A DNA stretch of 64,000 nt from an uncultured Verrucomicrobiae bacterium. Its GTDB lineage: Bacteria; Verrucomicrobiota; Verrucomicrobiia; Limisphaerales; Palsa-1400. The stretch covers positions 5,600,001 to 5,664,000 of the forward strand of contig OY969763.1 of NCBI GenBank assembly GCA_963702845.1. The letters run 5' to 3'. The notes under the pieces are model-generated. The model worked only from the letters and a program-made list of their open reading frames with translations. It was not told the origin of the DNA and searched no databases. Of this stretch, positions 62,466 to 64,000 are shown one piece after another (within the stretch, counting starts at the first letter, position 1; each line of letters opens with the position of its first letter). Made by a program: the position numbers and the translations under genes.

Positions 62466-62927
62466 CTATTTGCGCCCTATTAAGCGAACAATCTTTAGAT
62501 CGACGGCATTCGCGTTGGTCGCGAGGACCTGAATTTTTGCGGCTTCTTTAGGTTGTATCTCACCCGCGCTGTTTGTCACCCAGCCGACTGGCTTGCCGGC
62601 TTTGTCGAGGACTGCGAGTTGGGCGAACGGAGCGATAGCGCGAGTCCCGACGTTGGTGACGAAAAATGTTCCTGCTAGACCGTCGATTTTGCCAAACAAC
62701 TTAATTGGTGATGGCTTTAGGTCAGCTTCGATCGCCGGCGCTTGAGCGGCAGGTTTGGCGACCGCGGCCGAGGCAGCCGGAGGACCCGGCTTGGTCAAAT
62801 CCGGTCGCGGGGCGGGCGGGATGATGCCTTGTTTGCTCAACGGCTGAAGGGCGCGACGCGCGGTGACCTGCGCCGAGGCTGAAAGGACCAGCGCGAGCAA
62901 AAGAGCAAAAATGATAGGAATCTTCAT
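62466..62927 (-). CDS. Secreted hypothetical protein with Pro/Ala linker
   Basis: Signal peptide MKIPIIFALLLALVLSASA; Ig-like beta C-terminus. Confidence 0.65.
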   Translation of the reverse strand: MKIPIIFALLLALVLSASAQVTARRALQPLSKQGIIPPAPRPDLTKPGPPAASAAVAKPAAQAPAIEADLKPSPIKLFGKIDGLAGTFFVTNVGTRAIAPFAQLAVLDKAGKPVGWVTNSAGEIQPKEAAKIQVLATNANAVDLKIVRLIGRK

Positions 62928-63169
62928 AGTTCTTATATTCATCCGCAATGGGCCTTGTGACAAGCGTTGGCCAGTACCCGGTAGCAACTCGGATTGAAAG
63001 CATCGTCAGGGTCACTCATATGAGCGATAGACGATTTTGAGCGGTTTTGACACGTTCAGTCTGAACACTACGGAAACTGCATTCAAAGCACCAATCACCG
63101 CGTACGAGTTAACACTAACGGTTAAAAGTTTGATTTGATTGCCCGTTCAACCAAATCCATTCGGATCCT

Positions 63170-64000
63170 ATGAAAAAAAACCTCGCCTCAATAATGTTTT
63201 TGTTTGTGCTTTTTGCGGTATGCAGTGTGGCTACCGCCGCGAGCCCTATGTTCTGGTCGGCTAATGGTTCCACTTTGGGTGGAACTGGCACATGGGACGC
63301 CACAACCGCGAATCGCTTTGGCACGTCGTCCGCTGGCCCGTTTACGTCCGCATGGAATAACGCCAACGGCGATACTGGGGTCCTTGCTGGTAGTCCCGGG
63401 ACGGTTACAATCTCGAGTGTGACTGCCGGTGGTCTCACGATGACGAACTCGACATCCGCCGCGTGGGCTTTTGGAACCACTGGCACGTTGACCCTGTCGG
63501 GGAGCGCTCCGACCGTTTTCCTAGATGGCGCCAACAACAGCAATGCAACAACTAACTCGGTCCAAATGAAGTTTATCATCAGTTGCGCTGGCACGTTTAC
63601 CAAGACTGGTGGCGGCTCGTTGGCTGTAAATAATACAGGCAATACCATTGCAAAGCTGGTGCTAAATGGTGGTTCGATGGTTACAGGAGCTAACACGATA
63701 GGAAGTGATAGTCTCAAGGCAATTATTGGAACGGCCCCAGCGTTGTTGACGACTGATTGTATTATACTAAACGGTGGGGGCATAGGTTACACGGCTGCCG
63801 CTACCATTCCGAACCAGCTGACAGGCACGAATCGTGGAATTACTCTTGGGGCAAACGGCGGTTGGTTTGGGTTTAATCGCTCGGGGTTTGGCGTCACGAT
63901 CGACGGCCCGATCACAGGAGTAGGTGATCTTATTTTCCCAGGCAAGACTGAGTGGCCCGGCCAAGCTCTTGACAGTTCCTCGTCTCTTTTCACAATTGCT
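63170..64000 (+). CDS. Secreted beta-strand-repeat (autotransporter-associated repeat-like) protein, 5' part
   Basis: Not in the ORF track because it runs off the window. Manual translation: MKKNLASIMFLFVLFAVCSVATA, GGTGTWD, FTKTGGGSL, NRGITLGANGG, ITGVGDL. Confidence 0.8.
   Translation, partial: MKKNLASIMFLFVLFAVCSVATAASPMFWSANGSTLGGTGTWDATTANRFGTSSAGPFTSAWNNANGDTGVLAGSPGTVTISSVTAGGLTMTNSTSAAWAFGTTGTLTLSGSAPTVFLDGANNSNATTNSVQMKFIISCAGTFTKTGGGSLAVNNTGNTIAKLVLNGGSMVTGANTIGSDSLKAIIGTAPALLTTDCIILNGGGIGYTAAATIPNQLTGTNRGITLGANGGWFGFNRSGFGVTIDGPITGVGDLIFPGKTEWPGQALDSSSSLFTIA

Overview
A 64-kb bacterial chromosomal segment of moderately high GC. Its gene content points to Verrucomicrobiota, probably a Pedosphaera/Limisphaerales-like lineage; this is inferred from the H-X9-DG prepilin-like genes, a planctomycete-type cytochrome c, an ECF sigma/Ser-Thr kinase pair, mqnD and a tandem NDK. 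Housekeeping genes include grpE-dnaJ-rsmE, pyc, metG, ndk, mqnD, sufT, a sulfonate/nitrate-type ABC transporter, tRNA-Phe and tRNA-His. They are interspersed with many secreted proteins, including a 4042-aa protein with 42 Ig-like repeats. No CRISPR array, integrase, transposase or reverse transcriptase was seen. Main leads: (1) four unrelated signal-peptide proteins end in the same ~65-aa C-terminal module, a candidate sorting or secretion signal, and one of them is in an operon with two atypical pilin-like genes; (2) two distant intergenic regions share a promoter / hairpin / 4x10-bp repeat / A-tract layout; (3) REP-like hairpins and 7-9-bp repeat tracts are abundant, and one hairpin sits in frame inside a gene; (4) secreted proteins show a Thr-Asn excess. 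Five single-base frameshifts in otherwise intact genes are most likely long-read assembly errors. All family assignments come from manual motif recognition, not database searches.
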